Source: an uncultured Pelagibacteraceae bacterium (GTDB lineage Bacteria > Pseudomonadota > Alphaproteobacteria > Pelagibacterales > Pelagibacteraceae). Taken from it: 64,000 bases of DNA. The notes under the pieces are model-generated. The model was not told the DNA's origin. It saw only the letters and a program-made list of their open reading frames with translations, and ran no database searches. Each line of letters opens with the position of its first letter. Position 1 is the stretch's first letter. Below are positions 28,365 to 37,783 of the stretch, piece after piece. The stretch covers positions 44,970-108,969 of the forward strand of contig CACDFZ010000003.1 in assembly GCA_902552185.1 (NCBI GenBank), read 5' to 3'. The position numbers were made by a program, and so were the translations under genes.

Positions 28365-29558
28365 CTACCCTTTGACACTACCAGATGTTAGGCCACTAAC
28401 CAAATATTTTTCAAAATATATAAAAATAAAAAGAACTGGTAGAGTAACAATAACGGATCCAGCCATTAAATATTGGCGAGGGGTTTCTGCATCCCCACTT
28501 AAATATTGAATAGCCCTCGATAATGTAAAAGATTTAGGGTTATCTAAAAACATCAAAGAAAAAAGAAATTCATTCCATGCAATCATAAAAACATATAAAG
28601 CAACTGATGAAATAGCTGGTAAACTTAATGGAATAATAATTTTTAAAATAATACCAAACCAATTTTGGCCATCCATAATACCTGCGTCTTCAATTTCTTT
28701 GGGGATGCTTTTAAAATAGCCTTGTAACATATAAATAGCTACTGGAAGAGTTGTAGCTGTATAAACTATCAATAGACCAAAAATTGAGTTTCTTAAGCCC
28801 AGTTGACTAAACACAGTATACAATGGGATTACTAAAACTATAGCTGGAAACATATAAATAATTAAAATTGAAGTTGATAAAAAATTTTTACCAAAAAAAT
28901 TTAACCTAGCTACTGCATAGGCTGCTGGAATTGCAAATAACAATGTAACAATAACGGTCCCGATAGAAACAGCTGAACTAATTAAAATGTATCTACTAAA
29001 ATTGTAGGTTTCAAAAATTACAAAATAAGATTTAAATAATTCTGTTAAACTTTTAGAAAAGTCTAGACTAAAATCAAGTGGATTGACTAATAAAGCAATT
29101 TGAGTTTTAAAACTTGTAACCAGCATAATATAAAACGGAAATAAAATTACAAAAGCAAAAAAAACAATGCCAAATAAAGTGATAAAATCAAAAATAATTT
29201 TTTCGGATATAAAATCTTCGGTAAGAGATTTTGTATTATATTTTTTTAATTTGTTAGTAAAAAATAGTATTATCAAGAAAACTCCAAATTTATACCAATA
29301 TGGAGATGTTTCATTAAAGTAAAAATATGAAAATGAAAATAATAATGATAATGAAAATATTTTAATTAAGTGATTAATTCTGTTTCCAATTAATACAAAT
29401 AACAAAGACAAAATAATCCCATTAAAAAAAACTCCTGTGATATTGAGATTTGTAAAGTTTAAACCTTGAAGGGTAGACATGATTTTCCAAATTGACAAAA
29501 TGCATGTAAGAAAAAAAGACGAAATGACTAAAAATATTGTTATAGATTTAAATTTCAT
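28365..29558 (-). CDS. carbohydrate ABC transporter permease (MalG/YcjP-like) with an N-terminal membrane extension
   Basis: YMFPAIVLVIPLY, IPKEIEDAGIMDG, FMIAWNEFLF and SGLTSGSVKG motifs; start placed at ATG 29558 (track uses TTG 29573). Confidence 0.88.
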   Translation of the reverse strand: MKFKSITIFLVISSFFLTCILSIWKIMSTLQGLNFTNLNITGVFFNGIILSLLFVLIGNRINHLIKIFSLSLLFSFSYFYFNETSPYWYKFGVFLIILFFTNKLKKYNTKSLTEDFISEKIIFDFITLFGIVFFAFVILFPFYIMLVTSFKTQIALLVNPLDFSLDFSKSLTELFKSYFVIFETYNFSRYILISSAVSIGTVIVTLLFAIPAAYAVARLNFFGKNFLSTSILIIYMFPAIVLVIPLYTVFSQLGLRNSIFGLLIVYTATTLPVAIYMLQGYFKSIPKEIEDAGIMDGQNWFGIILKIIIPLSLPAISSVALYVFMIAWNEFLFSLMFLDNPKSFTLSRAIQYLSGDAETPRQYLMAGSVIVTLPVLFIFIYFEKYLVSGLTSGSVKG

Positions 29559-30807
29559 TTGCTTTTTTTCCAATTAATTTAAAATAAATAATCATAAATG
29601 CTAAAAGCAACATAACTATAACAATTGAGACAGCTGACCCCATACCAATATCTGAAACAGCAAACCCTTGCTGATAAACATTTATAGGTAACGTTCTTGT
29701 TCCGGATGCTCCGCCAGTTAATAAAAAAATATCTTCAAATTTATTAAAATTCCAAATAAATCTAATCATAAACAAAATAGAAATTATCGCTGTAATTTGA
29801 GGAAGTGTAATATGTATAAATTTTTTAACTGGGCTTGCTCCATCTACTTCGGCTGCTTCATACAAACTTTTTGGAATAGCTTGTAACCTTGCTAAGATGA
29901 ATAGAAAAGCTAGAGGAAAATAACGCCAAATCTCAAAAAATATAACTGTCGTTAATGCCAGCCTCAATTTGAAATCAAATCCCAAAACGCTTATTGTAAT
30001 ATATTTTTGGCCTAATAAATTAATTGGGGACTCAATAATATTAAAATTGACCAATAGAGCATTTAAAGTTCCACTATTAGGATCTAGTAATAATGTCCAA
30101 GTATAAGCTAATGCAACAACAGGGCCTACATATGGGAAAAGAAGAATGCCACGCATATAAGATCGTCCTTGAATGTTTTGATTTACCAACTGCGCTGCTA
30201 AAATCCCAAAAATTATTGCTCCCACTGTACCAAAAAAAGTGAAGTAAAATGTAGTTAAAAGTAACTCAACAAAATTATTTTCGTAAAAAACTTTTTTAAA
30301 ATTTTCTAGTGTAAAATTTGTTGTTACTAATGGATTATCTGACTTTCCACTTAAAATTGGTTTTTGAGATTTTATTATTTCTTTTTCAATTTTTTCACCA
30401 TTAATATTTTTCAAAATTATTTCAAAATTTTCTTTATATTTCGCTTCCCAGTTTCCAAAATCACAAATAATCTTTTTAGATTTAAAATTACATCTTGGAT
30501 CCAAATTTAATAGTGAAATATTTTTAGGAAATTTATCTTGGAACTTAACATTTCTAATTTCTTGAATTAATGAACTATTTCTTAACTTATAAATAACTTT
30601 TAATTCTGACCCATCATCAGAAATAGATTTAACGATTTTTTTAGCTCTAGGTTCTGGAATTCTTATATCTTTTAACTCAATATCTTTAAAACTTATCCAA
30701 ATATTTGCAAATATTGGAAATAATACGATTGCAAAAACTAATAAAACTGCAGGTAAGACTAAAGTATAAGCAGTTCTTTTTTCTAATTTTGATAATGTGT
30801 TACTCAT
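29548..30807 (-). CDS. carbohydrate ABC transporter permease (MalF/YcjO-like) with a periplasmic insert
   Basis: WRYFPLAFLFILARLQAIP..LYEAAEVDGAS and RFIWNFNKFEDI motifs. Confidence 0.88.
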   Translation of the reverse strand: MSNTLSKLEKRTAYTLVLPAVLLVFAIVLFPIFANIWISFKDIELKDIRIPEPRAKKIVKSISDDGSELKVIYKLRNSSLIQEIRNVKFQDKFPKNISLLNLDPRCNFKSKKIICDFGNWEAKYKENFEIILKNINGEKIEKEIIKSQKPILSGKSDNPLVTTNFTLENFKKVFYENNFVELLLTTFYFTFFGTVGAIIFGILAAQLVNQNIQGRSYMRGILLFPYVGPVVALAYTWTLLLDPNSGTLNALLVNFNIIESPINLLGQKYITISVLGFDFKLRLALTTVIFFEIWRYFPLAFLFILARLQAIPKSLYEAAEVDGASPVKKFIHITLPQITAIISILFMIRFIWNFNKFEDIFLLTGGASGTRTLPINVYQQGFAVSDIGMGSAVSIVIVMLLLAFMIIYFKLIGKKANEI

Positions 30808-30815
30808 AAATAAAA

Positions 30816-30840
30816 AGCGGATAATAAAGTATTATCCGCT
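30816..30840 (-). terminator. hairpin between the binding-protein and permease genes
   Basis: AGCGGATAATA-aag-TATTATCCGCT perfect 11-bp stem, U-tract on the minus strand. Confidence 0.7.
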
Positions 30841-30856
30841 CTTTATAAAATTATTT

Positions 30857-32179
30857 TTAAAACTTAGCTAATTCAGCGTTTATTTTTTTAACCGCTTCAT
30901 CAACTGAGATTTGATCATCTATATATTCTCTAGTGATTCTATTTAAGAACTGAGAATTAATGATCTTCGATGCTCTAGAAAGTTCACCCTCTTTAACTCC
31001 CCATCTGTTTGCAGTATCTAAACCAGCAACAATGTTATCAATAACATCTGCAGAATAAAGATCAGTCAGTGGTGCCTTTCTATCAACACCTACAGGTAGT
31101 TTACTCCATGCTTTTGTGTAAGCGTTTGGATCGCTTTTATTTCCTCTTCTTACAGGAAATTTTCCCTCAGGAGCAATTCCTAATGTTGCTGTATACCCTT
31201 CGCTCATTGAGTATTCTATAAATTTTTTAGCTTCATCAGTGTCTGCATCTGCTGTTATTCCAAAGTATCTTACATCAGCCCAAGCAGCTCCCTTTTTATT
31301 ATTTGGTCCACTAAAATTAGTTATAAAACCAGTTTTAGATGCCAGTTCTGGTGATGTAGGGTCACTATTTATTGTTGGAGGAGCGGAATCTCTTAATCCT
31401 GCTAATTCATCCATTATAAATGGAGACCAAATAACCATTGGGGTTTTTCCAGCGAAATATAAAGCTCTAGATTGTTTCCAAAACAATTCTCCAGGAGGAC
31501 TTGCTTTAGCAATTACTTTGTAAAATTCTAAAGAATTCTTTAAAGCTTTACCTTGTTTTTTAGTTCCACCCTTTTTAACAAAGTTAACTCCATTTGCTAA
31601 AAGTACATGCTCAAGCACTTGACTCATAAAGTTTTCATCTGTTTTAGTAGCAGCTACAAAGCCAAACATGTCATTACTTGATAATGCGTTAACAGCTTTA
31701 ACTATATTTGCATATGATGTTGGTGGTTCTAAACCAGCTTTTGCAAATAGATCTTTTCTATAAACAACCATCTGTGTCCATCCATCTACTGGAACGGCTG
31801 CAATTTTTCCACCTTGTTTGGCCATATTTAATGCACCTGGTGCAAATGTTTTTTTTCCAAGAGATTTAACAACGTCGTTATTTGCATCTACATCTAATAT
31901 GCCTGCTTCAGCCCATGGTAAAACGTATTGCAAAGTATGATAAATCACATCTGGGAGCTCTCCTGCTGCTGCTGCTGCAGTAGCTCTTGTTCCAAGGTCT
32001 TTTTCTTCAACGGGTATTACTTCAACGCTAATACCTGTTTTTGCTTCAAAAGCCTTAGCCATTGTTTTTTGTTTTTCCATTCTTTCTGGCTGAACCTCAG
32101 TAGTCCAGAACGTAATTCCGGCGTAACTTGAAGTAATAAAAAATGAAAAAGCAAATATGTATATTAATATTTTTCTCAT
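30857..32179 (-). CDS. carbohydrate ABC substrate-binding protein (YcjN-like)
   Basis: Signal peptide; VIPVEE, LPDVI and VPVDGWTQMVVYRKDLFAKAGLEPP resemble E. coli YcjN. Confidence 0.82.
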   Translation of the reverse strand: MRKILIYIFAFSFFITSSYAGITFWTTEVQPERMEKQKTMAKAFEAKTGISVEVIPVEEKDLGTRATAAAAAGELPDVIYHTLQYVLPWAEAGILDVDANNDVVKSLGKKTFAPGALNMAKQGGKIAAVPVDGWTQMVVYRKDLFAKAGLEPPTSYANIVKAVNALSSNDMFGFVAATKTDENFMSQVLEHVLLANGVNFVKKGGTKKQGKALKNSLEFYKVIAKASPPGELFWKQSRALYFAGKTPMVIWSPFIMDELAGLRDSAPPTINSDPTSPELASKTGFITNFSGPNNKKGAAWADVRYFGITADADTDEAKKFIEYSMSEGYTATLGIAPEGKFPVRRGNKSDPNAYTKAWSKLPVGVDRKAPLTDLYSADVIDNIVAGLDTANRWGVKEGELSRASKIINSQFLNRITREYIDDQISVDEAVKKINAELAKF

Positions 32180-32342
32180 TATGATCCCCCTCTATATTTT
32201 TTATAAAAATCTACCAAATTTGCCAATATAATAAAACCTTTAAAAAAAATCTGGCAGGTACGCAAATTTTACATTAACGTTGTTTTTGGTTTAAAATTAA
32301 ATCTAAAATATTAAAACTAAACTCTGAGTTGAAAATTTATTT

Positions 32343-33395
32343 ATGGCTTCTATTGAACTAAAAGATATAGAAAAAAGTTTTGGATCAAACAAGGTAATAA
32401 ATAAATTTAATATTAAAATAAACGATGGAGAATTTATTGTTTTAGTAGGTCCATCAGGTTGCGGAAAGTCTACACTTTTAAGAATGATCTCAGGTTTAGA
32501 AACAGTTGATAAAGGAGAAATTTATTTAGATAACAAGATTATAAATAATCTAATTCCTTCGAAACGTGAAATTGCAATGGTTTTTCAATCCTATGCTTTG
32601 TACCCACACATGAGTGTTTTTGAGAATATGGCTTTTGGCTTAAAAATGGAAAAAATTCCAAAAAGTGAAATTAATCAAAAAGTTAATAATGCTGCTGCAA
32701 CACTTCAAATAGAGGATTTGCTTGAAAGGAAACCTAAACAACTATCAGGAGGTCAAAGACAAAGAGTTGCCATAGGAAGAGCTATTACAAGAAGTCCTAA
32801 AGTTTTTTTATTCGATGAACCATTATCAAACTTGGATGCTGCTTTAAGATCTGAAATGAGAGTTGAAATATCTAAGCTTCATAAAAAAATGAATTCAAAT
32901 ATAATTTATGTAACGCATGATCAAGTTGAGGCAATGACATTAGCTGATAGAATTGTAGTTTTAAACAAAGGAAATATTGAACAATATGGAACACCTAATG
33001 AGATTTATTCAAATCCAAACAATATTTTTGTTGCAGAATTTATTGGATCTCCAAAAATGAATATAATTAAGATAAATAAAGAGCAAATTTCTAATTCAAA
33101 CACTTTTCACTTATTCAATAATAAAATAACTTTTAATAATTTAAAATTTGAAGATGAAATTTATATTGGTATTAGACCAGAAGATATAAGTTTAGAAAGC
33201 AATCACGAAATCCAGTTAGAAGTAAAAATTGATCTTGTAGAAAATTTAGGTTTTGAAAAAATTATTTATTCAAAGATTTCAAATAATCAAATTATAATTA
33301 AATCATCTAAAAATATAAATAATGACTTACTCAAAGTTTCTTTTTCAAAGGAAAATGTATTTCTTTTTAATAAGGATAAAAATAGGATTAGATAA
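32343..33395 (+). CDS. carbohydrate ABC transporter ATPase (MalK-like)
   Basis: GPSGCGKST, VFQSYALYPHM, LSGGQRQRVAIGRA and FDEPLSNLDA motifs. Confidence 0.93.
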   Translation: MASIELKDIEKSFGSNKVINKFNIKINDGEFIVLVGPSGCGKSTLLRMISGLETVDKGEIYLDNKIINNLIPSKREIAMVFQSYALYPHMSVFENMAFGLKMEKIPKSEINQKVNNAAATLQIEDLLERKPKQLSGGQRQRVAIGRAITRSPKVFLFDEPLSNLDAALRSEMRVEISKLHKKMNSNIIYVTHDQVEAMTLADRIVVLNKGNIEQYGTPNEIYSNPNNIFVAEFIGSPKMNIIKINKEQISNSNTFHLFNNKITFNNLKFEDEIYIGIRPEDISLESNHEIQLEVKIDLVENLGFEKIIYSKISNNQIIIKSSKNINNDLLKVSFSKENVFLFNKDKNRIR

Positions 33396-33421
33396 ATTCA
33401 TTTGAATAAAAAATATTATTA

Positions 33422-35143
33422 ATGTTAACTCAGAATTACCAAAAAAAATTAAGATCTAAACTAAACAATATATACAAAAAATCTTTATCTAAAAATGATA
33501 TTATTAAGTTTGAAGATGAAATCATTCAAATAATTAAAAATTTTAACAAAAAAAATTCAAAAAGAAAAAAAAATATTTCTGAGAAAACTTCTCTAGTAAT
33601 TTGTTACGGCGATAGTATTTATTTAAATAAAAAAAGTTCAATTTCATTATTTAAAACTTTTTTTCAAAAAAAATTAAAAAAATATTTTAATACAATACAC
33701 TTTTTACCCTTTTATCCTTCGAGTAGTGATAGTGGTTTTTCTGTAAAAGATCATTATAAAATTGAAAAAAAACTTGGTAGTTGGTCTGATATAAAAAAAA
33801 TTTCAAAGTCTAATGACATTATGGCTGATATGGTCATTAATCACTCATCGGCAAGAGGTCTGTGGTTTAGAAACTTTTTAAAAAATAAAAGTCCAGGAAA
33901 AAATTATTTTTTAAAAGTTGACTCTAAATTTAATACTTCAAAAGTAGTTCGACCAAGAGATCATAAATTATTAAAAAAAATTAATTTTTTTAACAAAAAA
34001 GAATACCTTTGGAGAACCTTTAGTTCAGATCAATTGGATCTGAATTTTAAAAATCCATCTGTTTTATTAAGATTTATAAAAATAATGATTAATCTTATTA
34101 ATCATGGTGTAACTATTTTTAGGCTGGATGCAATTGCATATCTCTGGAAAGAAAGTGGTACAAAATGCATTAATTTGAAACAAACGCATGAAATAATTAA
34201 ACTTTTAAAGCAAATTAGTATTTCACTAAATGTGGAAACCACAATTGTTACTGAAACAAATTTGCCTGAAAAAGAAAATCTCAGTTATTTTGGTAAAAAT
34301 GATGAGGCTAATTGGATTTATAATTTTTCTCTCCCACCATTATTGATTCATGCGTTTTTATTTGAAAATAGTTCATACTTAAATCAATGGAGCAAAAAAC
34401 TTCCAATCGCAAAAAAAGGAAATAGTTATTTAAATTTTATATCATCTCATGATGGAATAGGTATTAGACCCACAGAGGGAATATTTAAGAAAAAAACATT
34501 AAACTTATTTCTTAAAAGATTAAAAAAAAATGGATCAAAATTTTCATATAGAAAAGTAAAGAATAAGACAAAAAAAGTCTATGAAGCAAATATAACTGTT
34601 TTCGATGCGCTTAAAAAATCAGATACTGATTCTAAAGGTGAATTTCTTTTAGAAAGATACGTTTCTGCACATTCTATTATTATGTCTTTTGAAGGTATCC
34701 CCGCAGTATATTTTAACTCCTTGTTTGGAAAATCTAATGATGAAGCTAAATATATAATAACTGGAAATAAAAGAGACGTTAACAGATATAAATGGAATTA
34801 TAAAAATATTTCAAAAAAACTAGATAATAAAAATTCCAAACAAAGTATATTTTTTCAGAAAATTTCCAATCTGCTTAGTATTAGAAGAAAACAAAAAGCA
34901 TTTCATCCAAATGCCTCGAGACAGATTATAAACCTTGGCTCAAAAATTTTTTCATTCAAAAGAATAAGCATTGATAGAAAGCAAACTGTAATTTGTATTA
35001 CAAATTTGTCATCAATAACCCAAAAAGCGCACCTTGATAAAGTTTATTACAATTGGAAAAATTTAATCGGATCTAAAATTAAAGTTAACAATAAGCTTTT
35101 AATATTAAAGCCTTTTGAAACAATTTGGTTAAGCAATAGATAG
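33422..35143 (+). CDS. GH13_18 sucrose-phosphorylase family enzyme, glucosylglycerate phosphorylase type
   Basis: HFLPFYP.SSDSGF, FRLDAIAYLWK, VTETNLP, SSHDGIG and VYEAN motifs; ETN and YExN are the GGa-phosphorylase signatures. Confidence 0.8.
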   Translation: MLTQNYQKKLRSKLNNIYKKSLSKNDIIKFEDEIIQIIKNFNKKNSKRKKNISEKTSLVICYGDSIYLNKKSSISLFKTFFQKKLKKYFNTIHFLPFYPSSSDSGFSVKDHYKIEKKLGSWSDIKKISKSNDIMADMVINHSSARGLWFRNFLKNKSPGKNYFLKVDSKFNTSKVVRPRDHKLLKKINFFNKKEYLWRTFSSDQLDLNFKNPSVLLRFIKIMINLINHGVTIFRLDAIAYLWKESGTKCINLKQTHEIIKLLKQISISLNVETTIVTETNLPEKENLSYFGKNDEANWIYNFSLPPLLIHAFLFENSSYLNQWSKKLPIAKKGNSYLNFISSHDGIGIRPTEGIFKKKTLNLFLKRLKKNGSKFSYRKVKNKTKKVYEANITVFDALKKSDTDSKGEFLLERYVSAHSIIMSFEGIPAVYFNSLFGKSNDEAKYIITGNKRDVNRYKWNYKNISKKLDNKNSKQSIFFQKISNLLSIRRKQKAFHPNASRQIINLGSKIFSFKRISIDRKQTVICITNLSSITQKAHLDKVYYNWKNLIGSKIKVNNKLLILKPFETIWLSNR

Positions 35144-35145
35144 AC

Positions 35146-35258
35146 ATTTTAAATCCTTTGTGTCTACCAATTTCACCACGAGGGCTTTAGTCATATTTAG
35201 TTGATATTGTTAATATATTAATACACAAGAGTTTTAAAGAAGTAAAAATAATTTATTT
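35146..35258. repeat. direct repeat copy 2: displaced tRNA-Leu 5' half (35146-35185) plus upstream region
   Basis: ATTTTAAATCCTTTGTGTCTACCAATTTCACCACGAGGGC... aligns to 28247-28359. Confidence 0.95.
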
Positions 35259-36011
35259 TCTAATAGCTACTCCGATTCCTAAAAAGGTATTCCCTGTTTT
35301 ATGAACTACTTCATCATATTGATCTTTAAATTCGAAAAAATCATAATCTTCTTTGTTTTTCTTAAGTTCATTCCAGAACTTAACAACGCCCTCAGCTGCA
35401 TAATTTACAATGTCATGAAATACAAAAATTTTAGCTTTATTTTTAGTACACTCATAATCATTTTTAACTCCTTCATAGCTGTGGTCTCCATCGATTAAAA
35501 CTAAATCAAAAAAATTTTTTTCCATATAATTTTTAAATAAATCAGATTTACTGTCTGCCTTCCAAAATTCAGTTTCTTTGTTTTTCAAACAATATTCCTG
35601 AACTGGTGAGTCTATTATATCAATAGCTAAACTTTTTTTAATTTTGTAAAACTTTTTTAAATATTCATTAGTAAGTATAAATGTACCACCCCACCTACAA
35701 CCAATTTCTAAATATGAACTGATTTCTTGTTTTTGTAATAAAGATAAATATTTTGAAAATTGATTAGGGTATTGCCATATTAATAATCCCCCTCCATTTT
35801 CTTTTACAATTTTGGGTTGTTCAATTAATACTTCTTTGTTCAAACCTAATTTTGGAATTAATTTTTCTATATATTTAATTTCTTTTAAATCCTCAATGCT
35901 ACTTCCTCTTATAAGTTCAACTCTCTTAAGATCTAATTGAAAATCGCGTTTTGTTTTTAATTCTCTCAACTTTTTTCTAATAAAACCAGGCAATAATCTT
36001 CTAATATTCAT
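35253..36011 (-). CDS. class I SAM-dependent methyltransferase (Methyltransf_24-like)
   Basis: YLEIGCRWGGT, DLVLIDGDHSYEGV and FVFHDI motifs. Confidence 0.8.
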   Translation of the reverse strand: MNIRRLLPGFIRKKLRELKTKRDFQLDLKRVELIRGSSIEDLKEIKYIEKLIPKLGLNKEVLIEQPKIVKENGGGLLIWQYPNQFSKYLSLLQKQEISSYLEIGCRWGGTFILTNEYLKKFYKIKKSLAIDIIDSPVQEYCLKNKETEFWKADSKSDLFKNYMEKNFFDLVLIDGDHSYEGVKNDYECTKNKAKIFVFHDIVNYAAEGVVKFWNELKKNKEDYDFFEFKDQYDEVVHKTGNTFLGIGVAIRK

Positions 36012-36024
36012 ATTTAAGCTAAGT

Positions 36025-36867
36025 TTAACCTTTTACAACTCTGTGTTTTTGCTTTCCTAACTTATCAATACCAAGAATTAATTCTTCTCCACCTTTTAAA
36101 AATTTAGGTGGTTTCATATTTTCCCCGACACCATTTGGAGTTCCAGTGCAGCAAATGTCTCCTGGGTATAAAGTCATACAGTGACTCATGTAAGAAACTA
36201 GTTGTTCTATATTAAATATCATATCTTTAGTGTTTCCAGTTTGCATTCTTTCACCATTTACATCCAAAAACATATTGAGATTATCGTAATCTTTAACTTC
36301 ATCTTTTGTAAGAATGTATGGTCCTATTGGTCCAAAAGTATCAAAACCTTTTCCTTTATCCCAAGTAAGACCTTTATTTTTTTGAAATTCTCTTTCACTA
36401 ACATCGGTAACAAGAAAAAATCCAAGAACATAATCAAGGGCATTTTTTTCCTCAACATATTTAGCCTTTTTTCCTATCACAAAACCAATTTCAACTTCCC
36501 AATCTGTATGATTTGAGTTTTTTGGAACTTCTATGTTATCGTTAGGTCCAACAATACAATTAGTAAATTTTGAAAATATAATTGGCTCTTTAGGAATAGG
36601 TAAATTTTGTTCTGTTGCATGATCTTTAAAATTCAGACCAATTCCTAAAAACTTCGAAGGATTACTTACACAAGCACCTACCCTTGAGTTCGCATCAAGA
36701 GTTGGTAAATCTTTTATATTTAATTTTTTTATTTTTTCAATAGTTTCAAAGTTTAAACTTTCAGGATTAAAATCAGAAATTGCGCTGGATAGATCTTTAT
36801 ATGAACCATCTTTATCAATTATTGCTGGTTTTTCTTTGCCTAATTCACCTATTCTACAGAGTTTCAT
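36025..36867 (-). CDS. fumarylacetoacetate hydrolase family protein
   Basis: GIGLNFKDH, DWEVEIG, DVSERE, KGKGFDTFGPIGP and PGDICCTGTP motifs. Confidence 0.9.
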   Translation of the reverse strand: MKLCRIGELGKEKPAIIDKDGSYKDLSSAISDFNPESLNFETIEKIKKLNIKDLPTLDANSRVGACVSNPSKFLGIGLNFKDHATEQNLPIPKEPIIFSKFTNCIVGPNDNIEVPKNSNHTDWEVEIGFVIGKKAKYVEEKNALDYVLGFFLVTDVSEREFQKNKGLTWDKGKGFDTFGPIGPYILTKDEVKDYDNLNMFLDVNGERMQTGNTKDMIFNIEQLVSYMSHCMTLYPGDICCTGTPNGVGENMKPPKFLKGGEELILGIDKLGKQKHRVVKG

Positions 36868-36871
36868 ATTT

Positions 36872-37783
36872 TTATTTTATTAAGTTTCTTAAACTTTTTT
36901 CTAAAATTTTTCCCTCTAATGACTTTATATTAACCTTTATATTTTTATCAACTCTCATATCTACCCCATTTTTCCATATTCCAGCCGCCAGATGCATAAT
37001 TCCTATCTCATTATTAGGAATATTTGGCTCTCTAAAAGTTTTATCGTTTTCATCATAAACTGGAAGAAGGTGACTTGTTATCCAATTGTGGTTAATGGGT
37101 AGAAATTCTGTTTCTGCATTATCTATATAAACTGTCATGTTGATAGCCAAACCCTCAGATCCAAACACTCTTCCTTTAGCTAAAGTTTTTTTTAAATTTT
37201 TTTGCCAGATATCCCAGCAAGTTGATTGTTTCATTAAAGAAAAAACTCCAATATTTAAGTGAGGAGCAAAAGCAATTTTTCTTGCATCTTTTTCTGAAAG
37301 TCCAGACATTTTCGCATGTTTATAATTTTGAGTTTTAATCGCTGCAAATTTGTTAAATATCCAATTTACTTTAGCTAAACTTCTATATCCCGGTCCTATT
37401 GATTGAGTGATACCTAGTTTATTGTTTTCACAAGCTTTAAAATAATTTTCAATACACTCCCAAGAGTTTACCCAAGCATCACAATCTATCCATAAGTACT
37501 TATCATAATTAGGAAAATATTTTGGAAGGAAGGCTCTTGATATTTGGCTTTTTAACCATTCTTTTCCCTTTTTATAAAAAGGGATATTTATATCCCAGTC
37601 TGCTTTTTTTATTTCATCAACTTGAGCACTAATTAAATCTATTTGATTAGATGTTAATCCAGCATCCAATACACAAATATCGATATTTTCGCTTTGTTTG
37701 AATCTTCTTATTGAATGAGTTAATTCTTCAAGTAACGGGAAGTAATTTGAGTCTGAAAGAGTAACGATCGTTTTTTTTGTCAT
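36872..37783 (-). CDS. glycosyltransferase (GT8-like, GT-A fold)
   Basis: DSNYF, YLWIDCDAW (DxD), LNIGVF and IMHLAAG motifs. Confidence 0.65.
   Translation of the reverse strand: MTKKTIVTLSDSNYFPLLEELTHSIRRFKQSENIDICVLDAGLTSNQIDLISAQVDEIKKADWDINIPFYKKGKEWLKSQISRAFLPKYFPNYDKYLWIDCDAWVNSWECIENYFKACENNKLGITQSIGPGYRSLAKVNWIFNKFAAIKTQNYKHAKMSGLSEKDARKIAFAPHLNIGVFSLMKQSTCWDIWQKNLKKTLAKGRVFGSEGLAINMTVYIDNAETEFLPINHNWITSHLLPVYDENDKTFREPNIPNNEIGIMHLAAGIWKNGVDMRVDKNIKVNIKSLEGKILEKSLRNLIK

Larger units (their letters stand above)
28247..35258. mobile_element. integrase-less genomic islet at tRNA-Leu carrying a sugar ABC transporter and a GH13_18 phosphorylase
   Basis: Flanked by 113-bp direct repeats whose boundary is at the anticodon loop; five cargo genes and no recombinase ORF. 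Confidence 0.75.

Noticed and set aside
28287-35145. Prophage or ICE interpretation of the tRNA-flanked region
   Set aside because: No integrase, relaxase, phage or transposase ORF; all space is taken by transporter and phosphorylase genes
35146-35185. A second tRNA-Leu gene
   Set aside because: Only the 5' 40 nt are present; the variable arm, T arm and 3' acceptor strand are missing
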